Source: Eukaryota sp. GEM-RC1 (Eukaryota). Taken from it: DNA of 64,000 bases. The notes beneath the pieces were generated by a model. The model was not told the DNA's origin and did not search any database. It saw nothing but the letters and a program-made list of their open reading frames with translations. Shown one piece after another: positions 26,696-39,000 of this stretch. The stretch covers positions 2,418,001 to 2,482,000 of the forward strand of contig JAUFOQ010000004.1 in assembly GCA_040285855.1 (NCBI GenBank), given 5' to 3'. The position numbers and the translations under genes are program-made. How positions within the stretch are numbered: position 1 is the first letter of the stretch; every line of letters starts with the position of its first letter.

Positions 26696-27202
26696 TTCTA
26701 AAACTTTTTACACTTTTTTTGGTAAATTGAAAAAACTGTTTATACTAGTAGATGAATAAGACAAAAACACATATCAAAATAAAACCTATGGAACACTAGA
26801 CAAAAAATTTTGGTATATTGTGATATAAAGTTTCCAATGAAAATTCTGGTTTGAGTCGATTAACATTTGCACTGTTTCGTTCCAGGCACAGATAATACAA
26901 ATACGATTTTAGGTACAACGCATGTTGTTTGGTGAAGGACAGAAGGGTCACATTTCAAATACTTCAGATAATGTACGTTAGTTACGTTTTTTTTTATGTT
27001 TTCACTAATCGTAAACTGCGTTTATTTAAAACCCTTTCCATTAAAAATATGTACATTGAAAAAGATATGTGAACTCAAGATTCCTACATTGTGTCTCCCA
27101 TCTCCAGAACAAATAGATTGATGAAGTCGAGTTTTGTGTCCCTCAGAACATGAGCAACAGACTTTGTGTGTTGGTTTTTCTCTAGAAAATTTACCGGCAG
27201 TT

Positions 27203-27928
27203 ATGCCCTTTCAGTTCGATCTGGACTATTCGTGCCTAGATATCGAAGACGATTTTCTACCGCCTCCTCCTAATGTTAAACAAACTCCCAAACAGAGTGC
27301 CCCACAATCTCGTTTGAGCTTCCCTAAAGTTTCGCTCACACCCTCAAGTTCTCGCTTTGCTAAGCTCCAAAGTAGTCCCTTTGCAACACCTTCATCTACT
27401 CCTGTATCTGATCCACGCCTTCGATCTTCCCCGACAAACTCTTCCCCTCAGACTTCAGTTCCTTCACCATCTTCTCTTAATCTCTTTTCTCAAATCAAAC
27501 CTTCCACGCTTCCCTCCAAATCTCTGCCTGCTTTTCACATCCGCATCTCAACCGTTCTAGCGGATCTTAATCTTGACACGTCATCAGCACCTTCTAACGA
27601 CCCTTCATCTCTCCCTCCCGTCTCTACTCTTCCTCTTCTTATTGCTTCTGTAGAATCTATTAATCCTGCACCTTACGCCCTCTCTGTGGTTCTTGTTGAC
27701 GTCAACAATACTGAGTATCACGCTGACATTCATACTTCAGTACTGCATGAGTTTAAAGTTGGAGTAGGTGACGTGTTGGTCTTAAGAAGTGTGTGTTGTT
27801 TTAACAGAATTGTTTTACAATTGGTCATTGGTATGAGCTCTATAGTAGAAGTCCGATCTTTTGATTGTAATCAATCAATTCCTTTTGATTATAGTGATTT
27901 AAAAATGACGTTGACCCAGACTTTGTGA
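27203..27928 (+). CDS. HROB/C17orf53-like OB-fold protein (Ser/Pro-rich N-terminus)
   Basis: C-terminal LPLLIASVESI....SVVLVD....HADIH..VL....VGDVLVLRSVCCF....L.I....IV.V resembles the HROB OB fold. Confidence 0.6.
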   Translation: MPFQFDLDYSCLDIEDDFLPPPPNVKQTPKQSAPQSRLSFPKVSLTPSSSRFAKLQSSPFATPSSTPVSDPRLRSSPTNSSPQTSVPSPSSLNLFSQIKPSTLPSKSLPAFHIRISTVLADLNLDTSSAPSNDPSSLPPVSTLPLLIASVESINPAPYALSVVLVDVNNTEYHADIHTSVLHEFKVGVGDVLVLRSVCCFNRIVLQLVIGMSSIVEVRSFDCNQSIPFDYSDLKMTLTQTL

Positions 27929-28355
27929 TTGCAGCAATTAAAATTGATTGGTTTTTATTGTTTCTCTTCGATTTTCTTCGCAGAAGTTCAATGATTGAAG
28001 ATTTTCCAGTCATTTTTTCACATATTTGACCGCTAGTTCTTTTCAATTCTTTGAGTGAGCACTCTAGGTAAAATTTTTTTCCATTTCATTTTTAATTTAG
28101 TTCAAAAGCAGAATTTTCCCTCTGGAGTGTGAATTGAAAAAAGTCAACTTGAAAAAGCTAGTAATGAAAGTCAAAGTTTATCCAGTTTTTTTGTTAAAAA
28201 AAGTTGAAAGAAAGGAATATCTGCTTTCTATTTTTTCGAAATCTTTAAAAATGATAAAATATGAGCAATTAAAATAAATAAAGAAATCAACACCCATTTC
28301 GACCTCGAAAAGAAGAGTCTAAATACAAATTTTAAAAATAATTTAATATACATGA

Positions 28356-29230
28356 TCAATCTTCATCATTCTCTGATTCTTCACTTCCTTCTTCTTCATT
28401 CTCTTCAGCATTGTCTTCTTCATTCTCTTCATCATCATCTCCTTCTGAAACTGAAGAATAAGCAGCTTCCCTCATCCAAGGGGGGTGCATACCTCATCAA
28501 AAGATCTTCAACGATGACTAACTGACGTGATGTGGCGCAATGAATTACGATCTTCCGAATCTGATCAAAAGCAAACATATTTAAATAATCTACCAAAGAG
28601 CGAAGTAACACGTGTGCAGCTGATACCGGGGGATAGCCCGGGTTGCCCAAATCACAAAAAATCAAACGAACCAATAATAGGAAACACAAAAGTAGTGTAA
28701 TTATTACGAATTCCGTAATCAAACACAGACGTAATCAAAGCTTTTAGATTGATTGCTGTTCCTACCTTTCCTTCAGCTACCTTAGCTGCAACTGCTAGGT
28801 CTGAAATACGAGGGAAATGCTCTTCAGTGGGTGGAAACAGACAAACTAATTGTTCCACTTCTAGAACTTGTGGTTTTAATACCTTCACGTCACCAATATG
28901 AAACTTTGAAGAGTGAAGTTCAGCATCTGAAAAGATGTCGTTTTCAAGGGTGAAAACATCAGAGAACAGTTGACAGTCCCCATTGGGTTGAAAGGATAGA
29001 GGGCAGCTTAGAACAAGAATGTCACTTGAGAGAGTAGTGGCATCACCAAGGAAAACAGACAGTCTGTCATTGATGTCCTTACGAGGCCTCATTTTAGGTA
29101 GCCAAAGGCCAAGGTTGTTGTTGAAATTGGCATAAGAATCTGTGTCGTCTTCAAAAGGATTGCGAGATTTACTGATGATGTCAGATCTGACTGTCCATGG
29201 TGGTAAATCAACAACAGAAGTGACAGTCAT
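28356..29230 (-). CDS. GDAP2-like macro-domain protein with acidic tail; homopolymer frameshifts at ~28658 and ~28482
   Basis: PRKDINDRLSVFLGDATTL; FPII..GYPPVSAAHVLLRSL..YL....IRKIVI..LLMRY.P. Confidence 0.6.
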
Positions 29231-29444
29231 GATAAAAATAACCGGTAGTTATAAAAAGGTAGTTTTGATGTTGGAAAAAAGCGATGTCTGGTGAATGCTC
29301 GTTTACAATGTCTTACTGTAGATATAATAATGCCATGTTCAGCAAGGGTGATCATGTTCAGCAAGGGTGTGATACTAGGGTAGACTGTATTGTTAGTTAG
29401 TAAATAGTATTTTGATACAGCACTACTCATATATATGGTAGTCA

Positions 29445-29770
29445 ACTGTTTCCATTTTTGGATTGATTCTAGTCCTGCTGGTGATCAATTTTTGAAGCAT
29501 TGTGAAGAACAGTGTAAAGACAAGAAAGTAAGTGTAGAATAGCTAAATGGAAGAACCGTATTGTGTTTTGTATTTATCGGAATATGCCTTTCTATTTCTC
29601 TAGATTACTTGAGATATTGTACATGTTTGGTGTGAAGGTTAATGTTGAAAAACGAAATCTTTTACCGGGTGGTGATGAAGTCGTTTTGATTTAGTCTTAG
29701 TATTCTTTTTTTGTTTTTACAAATTAATATTTCCGTAGGAAGGTTACCATTTTAGGTACAGAATAAAGTT
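29445..29770 (+). mobile_element. 3' end of RLE LINE family C
   Basis: Similar to 45095-45417 (ends RNLLPGGDEVV). Confidence 0.8.
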
Positions 29771-30656
29771 GCTTGTTCTTTAAAGCACGGGTTTGATCAC
29801 AACTACTATGTATACCAATAATCAAACAATCGAATTCATTAATGATTTCCGTGAAAATGAAAGAATATATATTAATTACATAGCATATATTAAAGCCATA
29901 TCACCTAATTATAAAGATAAAGAAATTATAATAACAGATAGTAATAATGCTGATCTCATTGTTTGATTTCGGTTGTGCTTAAGAGTACATTTTTGATTGT
30001 CACACCTTGAATACACAAAAATTACAAATTTTCTGTTTATCAATTGATTACCGTTATTAATTGAAAATAGTTTTCATCTTTCTTCAAAGGTTCTTTAAAC
30101 AGTAAGAACTAGAACAACTTCTCTTAAACTTCGAGTATATACAAATAAACACTGTTTCAAAAAATTCTTGTTATCAGAAAGATTGTCAACTTCGCATATC
30201 AAGCATACCAATCAATTGGTTTTTACAAACTCTATAAAACTGGGACTGATTCAATTAAATCAGCCAAATAAGTTTCTTAAAATCACTAAATATCATCCGA
30301 CGCCACATTCAGTTCGTGAAACGATGATATCACTCCCAAAAATTTGTTTGCACAAACGGTGCAAGAGTAGATGACGTTCAATATCTTGAAGACATACTAC
30401 ATGTAGTACGATAATGGTATACAATTTTTTATGATGTGTCTCAATATTTATGGAACAAAAATAGTAAGATCAATACAAAAACTAGAACTCAATATCATTA
30501 AAGCAACATTCATTGCCATTAAAACTAACTTCAACTTTTTCTTCATAAAAAACACTGAGAGCTAATAGAGCTTTTGAAATCACAATAGGAATTGCTATAA
30601 ATATATACTATATATGGTATATAATTTCAAATTTCTTTTTATACAATTCTAATGAT

Positions 30657-31548
30657 CTACAATTCTTTCCTAATGATCTCCTGTAAACAATCAGACAAAG
30701 ACACCACCGACACAACCTTCTTAGAATTAGTTGTAGAGGTCAAGTACACGTGATGAACTTCCAAAATAGCTAACTTTTCCAACACATGAAAAAAAAGTAT
30801 GTTCAGGGCGAATAAGAAAAACATTAGTTTTTGCTTTTAAATCATGAGATCGCACCTTAACAATAGTGTCAAGAACAGGTTCTGTTAGAAAGGACACAGA
30901 TTTGGTCTCAAGAATGCATCTAATATCTGACAAGGAAATGTTAGCTACAATTTCTCCATTTTCAGAAATGACACCTAAAGAGTAAATCTTCTTCTCATTC
31001 ATTATTTCAAAAGCAGTAATTGTTCTATCGGTTGGTTTAACAGAGAGAATTTTCTTTGGAATTCCGCTGAACGTCTGGGAAACTGGAACGTCACCAATCA
31101 AAGGCAACAATGACTTGTTTTTGACTAGGAAACGAATAATGTCTGTCTGACTAAGAATTCGGACACATTCAGTTTCATTAAAAACAGGAACTCTCCTAAC
31201 GTGTGCTAGAACACGTATTGCATCTAGAAGAGATCCGTTCTCATTCAAGGGGATAAGAGGATTAGCTCTGTTTAAGGTGACGATCTCTTGCACAGGAGTA
31301 ATTGAACACTTATCATAGAGATTGATGGGGTGTTTTGAATGCCAGGAATCTATAACAAAAGCGACAATGTCCGCGACATCGATGAGACCCAAGATTGAGT
31401 TATCTAGAGCATTCCGGACGGGTGCGGTATAATAGGATTCTATTAGAAGTGAAAGGCACTCCAAAATTGAAGAGTTGCTGTCTAAAACAACCAAATCATG
31501 TCTGGAAGGAATATCCCTAATGGGAATGTTTGCAAAGGTTCCCTGCAT
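30657..31548 (-). CDS. CBS-domain protein (four CBS repeats; AMPK-gamma/Sds23-like); frameshift near the 3' end
   Basis: APV..GLIDVADIV, RRVPVF..ILSQTDIIRFL, AFEIM.EKKIYSLGVI..G.IVANISLSDIR; last repeat HHVYL..VVSLSD lies in a shifted frame. Confidence 0.85.
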
Positions 31549-31657
31549 GGGTGAAGTAGAAAACTGTAGACAGAGATCACTAACATATGTCTCTTAGTTG
31601 AAATCTCCAACTTGGAGAGAAGCGATTGATCCAATTGCTAGTGGTATTTGTTCTTCA

Positions 31658-32569
31658 ATGTATTCTCCTTTGCTATTAGCTACTTTGCTCTCTGTGTGCT
31701 TCTGTCTCACTCCTATTGTTACTCTACATGGAATCGTGGACACCGCAAGCTCTATGGATGAATTAGTTGATTTGATCTCCAAACATTATAATCCAGATGT
31801 CTACATACACAATGCAGAGATTGGCAATGGATTCTGGGATAGTATTCTCAAGCCTTGTTGGGACCAAGTTGACTTACTACATGATCGACTCAAATCCGAT
31901 TCAAAGTTATCAGACGGGTTCCACGCCATTGCTCATTCTCAAGGTAGTCTTCTCATGAGAGGGTATATAATGAAGTATAACGACCCTCCTGTACTTTCCT
32001 TCACTTCGTTGGCTGGACCTCAGAATGGTGTATTCGGTATACCCAAAGTCCTTGCTCCGTGGTTGTCTGATCTCATTGCTAAAATCCCTTATTCTCCCTG
32101 GGTCCAGAATGCCTTCTCATTTGCTCAGTATGTCATTCTTCCTTCTGCTCTTTCTCACTTCAGATATTGGAGAGATCCTCACTCGTTAGACGTCTTTGTT
32201 CAGAAGTCAATGTATCTATCTGAGATCAACAATGAGAAGCAATTCAAGCACGAGTTCAAGGTAAACTTTGAACGTCTCAAGTTTCTCCTTTTGTTCTACT
32301 CTGTTGACGACGAGGTCATTATTCCGCCAGAGTCTGGGACTTTCTCCGGGTTTTTGAGAGATAGTTCTAAAGAGATTGTTCCTATGAATCAGACCAATCT
32401 TTATGTAAATAATCTCTTTGGTCTTCGGTCGCTAGATGAGTCTCACAAGTTGAAAGTTGTACGATTATCTGAGTTAAAACACAATGACTTCAAAAGTGAA
32501 AAGTTTTTACCTTATCTTAAAAAGTTTGTGTTTCCAATGTGGTTCGACTTTGATTTTAAAAAGTTTTGA
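31658..32569 (+). CDS. PPT1: Palmitoyl-protein thioesterase (PPT1-like) with signal peptide; 36-nt in-frame intron at 32128-32163
   Basis: PIVTLHGI, AHSQG nucleophile elbow, SLAGPQNGVFG, AQ^YWRDP after intron removal, D.VIIPPES..F, LY....GL..LD. Confidence 0.88.
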   Translation: MYSPLLLATLLSVCFCLTPIVTLHGIVDTASSMDELVDLISKHYNPDVYIHNAEIGNGFWDSILKPCWDQVDLLHDRLKSDSKLSDGFHAIAHSQGSLLMRGYIMKYNDPPVLSFTSLAGPQNGVFGIPKVLAPWLSDLIAKIPYSPWVQNAFSFAQYVILPSALSHFRYWRDPHSLDVFVQKSMYLSEINNEKQFKHEFKVNFERLKFLLLFYSVDDEVIIPPESGTFSGFLRDSSKEIVPMNQTNLYVNNLFGLRSLDESHKLKVVRLSELKHNDFKSEKFLPYLKKFVFPMWFDFDFKKF

Positions 32570-32959
32570 TCACTGTTTAACACTAGTGTAACCTTTTTCA
32601 TTGTAAATAGTAGAAGAATTTGTTCTGTTTATATCAATTTTCTTTTAATTTTCATAGTTGTAAATATTTTAAATTTATGAGTGAACAATCTAACTGTTAC
32701 AACCACAATTTGTTTCTATTATCACTTGTTAAAATTAGAGATATAGAGAACAGCATTTATGGTGCAACCAGTTATGTGTTGCATTTGATGAAATAAATAT
32801 AATTTATGGTGCTTTCGATGGCGCATAAAGTTAAAGTCTAGATTAAATAGATTCGTTCTATTTGGATGGAGTCATTAGGTTGAAACTCAGAAGACTCGAG
32901 AGGATCTTCAAACACAAAGTACGGGAAAAGTGGAATCATGGAAGGTCAATGACAAGAGT

Positions 32960-35095
32960 CGTGCATCTCCAAATTCAGAAAAGATAATAAATAGGAGAGT
33001 TATTCACATGCCACAAAGTATGAAGATCCCCTCTTTTATCTGAAAACTCATTTTTCTGAAAAGTGATTCAAAACCGGATCAACTTTAGAGTGAAAACCGT
33101 GTGCTGCAGACATGGAATAACAAGAATGACGTTCACCATCATAAATTATTGAATGTAGAAGAATAAAATAACGACAATTTATTAAATGACGAAAACACCA
33201 TTAGCTCCACAAGACCAAGTTGAAAAGTATTCAAAAAAACTGGCGGGCAATAGCCAACCGAAGACGCATATTGATCATCCAAGGTTCATCAGATAGATGC
33301 AATCCAAACACTTTTGGAATTTGAGAATTAAATCCAGAAGGTCCACAATTACAAAGGTCAAAGAAAAATGCAGCTTACTCGGGACTATTAGTTTTAGCCA
33401 CGCTAATACGAATATTAAATTCCAATCAGTTATCTTTAAAATACTCTAATTAACCCAATACTAGCCCTTCCCTAATCTAGCCACGGAGCGGTAGTAAAAT
33501 ACCTAGGTTCAACAAATGAATCAATTTTGTACGACTTTCAGGACAAATAGTTGCCGTTGGTGTCTTGATAAATGGTCTTTAAACCAAATGCCGTTCAGTA
33601 TTTTCACACGGTTATACTACGTTAAAAGTTTGCGGTTTTGTATCGATTTTTATTGTTCGTAAATGTTGCTAAAGAACACTCTTGATCAACAGGTTTTGGT
33701 TAAATCACACTAACTTCACACATTTTTAAACAATTCATGACAAACGATATCAAACGATCTTTTAAGTAGTAAAAGGATTTTATAGGAAATGCCTCTGTCA
33801 GATGCAATGACAAGGAATGTTCATTGAGTAAAGTAATAAAGCTACAGTATAAAGTTATCTTGTTTATTGTTGGTTGGTTGTTGACTTCAAGTTAATTACT
33901 AGCCCTTACCTGATACAAGCCCCTCCGTTGAAGTAAAAGCTTTATTCGGTACCCAAAAAGGTAACCTTCCTACAAAACTATGAAATTGTAAAAACAAACA
34001 AATAATACTAAGATTAAATACAAACTACTTCATCACCACCCGGTAAAAGATACGTTTATCAACGTTAATCTTCGCACCAAACTTGTACAATTTCTCGATG
34101 AATCGAGAAAAATAGAAAGGTATATTCCGATATGAGGAAAACACTATTCGGTTCTTTTATTCAGACACTCTAAACTTACGCTTCTTTTCTTTACACAGGT
34201 CTTCCAAATCCTTGACAAATTGATGACTAGCAGGACTAATCGATCCAAAAAGAGAAACAGCAAAAGGGTGAAACACAAATTTGGAATATGAGTTTCGATT
34301 TAATTCTTCTACTTGAGAATCATACTTGGAGTGTTTGAGCTTTTCAGCTGCTGTTAACGGATGAAAAGAAGAATCTAATATCCTACCAACACAAGATTTG
34401 TTACAAACATCTACTGTAGTAAAATCCTTTAATGATTGACTCGATTTAAGCCAAGGATTATGGAGATCCCCCCTTTTTGATCAGTAAATTCATTTTCTGA
34501 AAGATGATTCAAAACTGGTTCGACTTTAGAGTGAAAACCGTGGGCTTTAAACATGGAATAACAAGAATCACGTACACCATCATGAATTACTGCACGTAGA
34601 TGAATCAACTATCGACAATTAATTAAATGACGAAAAACACCATTAGCTCCACAAGAGCAAGTTGAATAGTTAAATAAATTTGCAGGCCAAATAGCCAGAA
34701 GAAGACGCATATTGATCATCCAAGCTTCATCAGATAGATGTAATCCATACACCTTTGGAATTTGAGAAATAAATCCAGAAGGTACAAAGATCAATTAAAA
34801 AAGCAGCGAACTCGGGACTATTAGTTTTAGCCAAGCTAATACGATTTTTAAAGTCCAAGAGTTCAAACCCCTTGTCAATTTATTTTGCTGCTTACATACA
34901 GCAGACGGTAGAGATGAAATATTTTTTAAAGGAGACTCCTTTACGTGAGCAGGCAACAGAGATTCCCACATTTTGGGAGACCAAGATGATACCAGATCTT
35001 TAGATCTTCCTAATGTAACGCTTTATTATATCTTGGCAGACAATATGAGGATAAAGTAGGTCACAATTTCCAGATAGGCAATCTGGACTCTGAGG
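32960..35095. mobile_element. Degenerate family C LINE fragments (minus strand) flanking an empty-site copy of the 1638-5703 repeat (~33425-33925)
   Basis: 33940-34870 is the reverse complement of family C RLE/3' end; 33425-33925 aligns to 1607-1720, 2066-2229 and 5420-5630. Confidence 0.8.
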
Positions 35096-35797
35096 AAGGG
35101 GTGAGAAAAAATATATTTATATTGTATTTATTGTAATAAATATCTATTTATTTATTTATTTATTTATTGTTCTTTGAGTTACAGACAATATATTTATTGT
35201 TGGTCAAAACAATAAACAATATTATTGCAATATATTGCAATATATTTAAATATATTGGTACATGTATCCTATTTTGGCTGTTTTTACAGCAATACATGGT
35301 GCCTTTTTTTGAAGAAATGCAATGTAAAGTTATCGATTGGAGGTTGCTGAGCACGATACAATTCTATCTGAGTGTTCTATAAGTCTGAACATAAGGAAAT
35401 TGTTACCCACTACTTTTCAAATCTGTACTTGCCACGATTTGTCCTGCTTAATACGACGGAAACCCAAACTGTTCTGTTGTTGTGCAATTGGCGTTACTCC
35501 AAAGAAGTATCTTCAATCAGAGTCTTATTCACTACACATCTATTGAGCTCTCTTAGGACGATGACGAGTCTGAGAAACATTTGATATATCATAAAAATTG
35601 TTAGAGCTGTTCTTGTCTCCTTATTGACACATAGAAACTAAATACAATTAACCAATATTTATTGACCATAAATATATATATTTATTGTTTTCGACAACAA
35701 TAACAATATATTTATTTCTGTCAAAAACAATAACAATATATTTATTTTTATCGAAAACAATAAACAATATATTTAAATAAATATCTTCACACCCCTG
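35096..35797. mobile_element. hAT-type MITE inserted in a family E LINE 3' end
   Basis: TIR AGGGGTGAGAA / TTCACACCCCTG; degenerate 8-bp TSD CTCTGAGG / ATTTGAGG (uninterrupted LINE has CTTTGAGG); CAATATATTT subterminal repeats. Confidence 0.7.
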
Positions 35798-36094
35798 ATT
35801 TGAGGATAATGATTAATAGATTTTTGTACACTGTAGTGTTATTGTTTTTTTTGGGCTGTAGTGTTGTTGTCAATAGTTATATTTTATTTGCATTTTCTTT
35901 CTTTGTACAACCTTTCAAAATATGTTCAAGAAACACACTTTGGATGTATATGATATCCTCATTCTTGTGACTTTTATTAAGGAATAATAGTTGATACCAA
36001 AAAACATCACACGATTTGTCTGCCACACACGGACGATGGTGAATTTGTGTTTGCTTAGGTTTAATGAAGTGATTGAAAAAATCATCACTGAGAG

Positions 36095-39000
36095 TTGACA
36101 GATCTTCCAGAAATAAATTTACCAACTCCAAAAATAAATGTTGCTGCTTGTGAGAAACCTGAAACAACAGAAACAACAGAAACAATTGAATCATCTCACA
36201 CCACTGAAACAACAGCAGCAACAAGTAATAGTAAGACAACAGTTGCCAAAAGGAAAACCACCAAACCAAAAGCAAGTGGAATCTCAAATGCTACAAAGAG
36301 TTTGAAACCTCCTAAAAAACCAATGATTGAGTTTCTCAAACATTCGCAATTACCAAATAACTCTAATCATTGTTCAGTATTGTCTTTTGATATTGAAACT
36401 AGAGAAATTGATCAAATCCCTGCAGAGACACTTACAAAGGAGTTGGATGATCAAAGAAAGAACGAGAATGAATCTCTCAAAATGAAAAGTGATGCAGAAA
36501 GAGAAGTGTGGACTCAAAACCAACAAGTTTTTATGATTTCTGGAGTGTTTGGTCATTTTATAAAAGATCAATTTTACCTTCAAGACAATTTTGTTGCAAC
36601 TTTAGAGTTGACTCAAGAATCTGATGTTGAACTGCCACCTGATTGTAGAAACCTTCGATTTTTTGAAGACGATAAACAGTTACTAGAGTTTTTTGTCAAC
36701 TATTTGAATGATAAAAATCCATCAGTCTTAACTGGATTTAACATCACTGACTTCGATAATGTTGTTTTAGGCAAAAGGATTGTTACACTTGGATTCGACT
36801 TTCCAGAACCAATGCTAGATGAAACAACTAAATCTCATCTATCACCTCTATGGCAAAAGATTGTTCTGAATGGGCTGGTAGAATTGTCTGTGATTCATAC
36901 GTTTATGCTAAGCAATATATTGTTTCAAAATGTTCAAAGTCTTTAAGATCATTAAGTTGGTTTTTATTAAACGAATCAAAAGGACGTCTTCATGACAAAT
37001 TTCACCACTTATTGCCTATTAATTGTGTTGATGAAAGACCTCAAGAAGTTGTAAACTATTGCTTCAAAGATAGTGTAATAGCATTGAAGTTGTTTTTATT
37101 GTTTCAATCAAATAAAATCGTTCGTGCAACTTTTGTAACACATAAAACTACACTAAAGTCTATTGTCAAACATTTTGGATTAACGTTATTACTCGATTAT
37201 TATGCTCAATTGGTTCACAAACTTAGAATGCATACTTCCTATTGTTTGAAGCTGTTTTTATTACACATGGATAAGAACGGTGAAAAATTACCTTTAATTA
37301 CAAGGAAGGAAGTAGAACATATTCAAACTCTGTTAAGATACATCTCTGCTGTACATCATGAGATTAAATTATGTAATCAAGGACCAGCTCCTGCATTTAA
37401 TCAACACTTGAAAAACTTTGTTTTACAAGAATACAAACAAGTGATGCTCAACAATGGAGGAATTCCACGCTTTCCAGCTGCTCATTCCTCACGACCTACG
37501 GCAATGGTTGGTGAAACTATTAAATCGAATTTGGACACCAATATTACAATGCGATATGCTCAATACATTGACAAATTTATTAATGTTTATTTTCAAAAGA
37601 CTGATCAAGAAGAAAAAATGTCAAAAAAAGAATAGTCTGTTTTTCGTTGGAGACTTAGACAAGTTAAAAATGTCTTTCTTGAAGATAACAGAAATGATAT
37701 TCCAAAAACCACTGTAGAAATAAAACAATTTATTCAAAGATGTACTAGTAATACAGAATTTCTTCAAGACGACAGTAATCGAAGTTTGAACATTGCAGGT
37801 AAAATTAAACTTCTGTGGGCAACTAACGACTATGTTGAAGGATTGTTTAGAGATAGATATTTTATTGATGTTCTCTTCCCACCATCAATTGATATTCAAA
37901 ATGCTAATGGTACTTCTAAAAAGAAAGTCGTTAAGTCTCTACTAAAATCAGTTCGTGAACATCCCCAGTCCTTTATTAAATCTGCGATTCAAATAAATAC
38001 CTATCTTGAAAGTGAAGGAGCAAGTGCTTACAATATAATTCCCATTGTTCGTCACGTCACACCAGGTTTCTTTCAAATAGACACACAAGGTCTTTGGGGA
38101 ATATTACGTTCCACTTTGTCAACACAACAAGTGAATGTCAAGAAGAAAATGTCTGATTGGAATACACAAACTGAAATTCAAAAATGTCTCCTGCTGAACA
38201 AAATCAATTCTGGTCTTACTTTTTCAACTTTAATCGTCCATTTATAAAGAAAGGTTATAAGTTTAACAATACCATTAAAACTGATGGTTTCTCTGCCTGT
38301 GTTGAACTTACCAGAGAGGACTGTGTGGGAATGTCATTCAAACCAGACAGTGCAAAGTTCTCCAGTAAAGAAGAATATGTTCAGGACTATGATGTTGACG
38401 AGTTTTCATTGAAAACAAAAGTGTTTATTGATCCTGGAAAACAGATTTACTCTATTTTTGTTCAGAGAAAGTAAATAGGCCATTTCCTGAACAAAAAACC
38501 CGAGAAAGAAGAGATAAAGAATATGAGTGGCTAAGATTGACAGAGACAGAATGGTCCAGATGATCAAGGGTTCATCAAAAGTTTAGAAGGGGAAAGAAAA
38601 AAGAATTCATTCTCCAAGATGGAAAAACAGTTGAAGAAGAAGAGTCGACACTATCCAAAGAACATTCGAAATCCACTCTTTATGACACATTCTATGACTA
38701 TGTGGGTTCCAAACTTACAGTTATTGAATCAACATTTGATTACTACTGTTTGATGATATGGCGCATTCAAAAATGCAAAGATACGTTCATATTCAAAAAA
38801 CAGAAAGTAAGTTGTTGAAAAATATGACTGCAAAAGGATGGAATAAAGATGACTGTGTATTGATGTTTGTTGACAATGGTAATAAGAGGTAGAACCTAAA
38901 ACATCTCCGATCAAGTAGAGGTGTTGGTTGGAGAAACTTCTTTAAGAGAAATGGTTTTAACATAGTTCTTGTAGATGAGAGTTACACGTCTTCATAGTGT

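Noticed and set aside
36095..37100. DNA polymerase B gene or Polinton/Maverick
   Set aside because: Only the exonuclease motifs are present; no polymerase palm motifs, integrase, ATPase or capsid genes are seen.
37633..38997. TAG reassigned to a sense codon, explaining the Fanzor stops
   Set aside because: A TGA stop also interrupts the gene, long host ORFs contain no in-frame TAG, and TAG terminates the hAT, LINE and CBS ORFs at expected positions.
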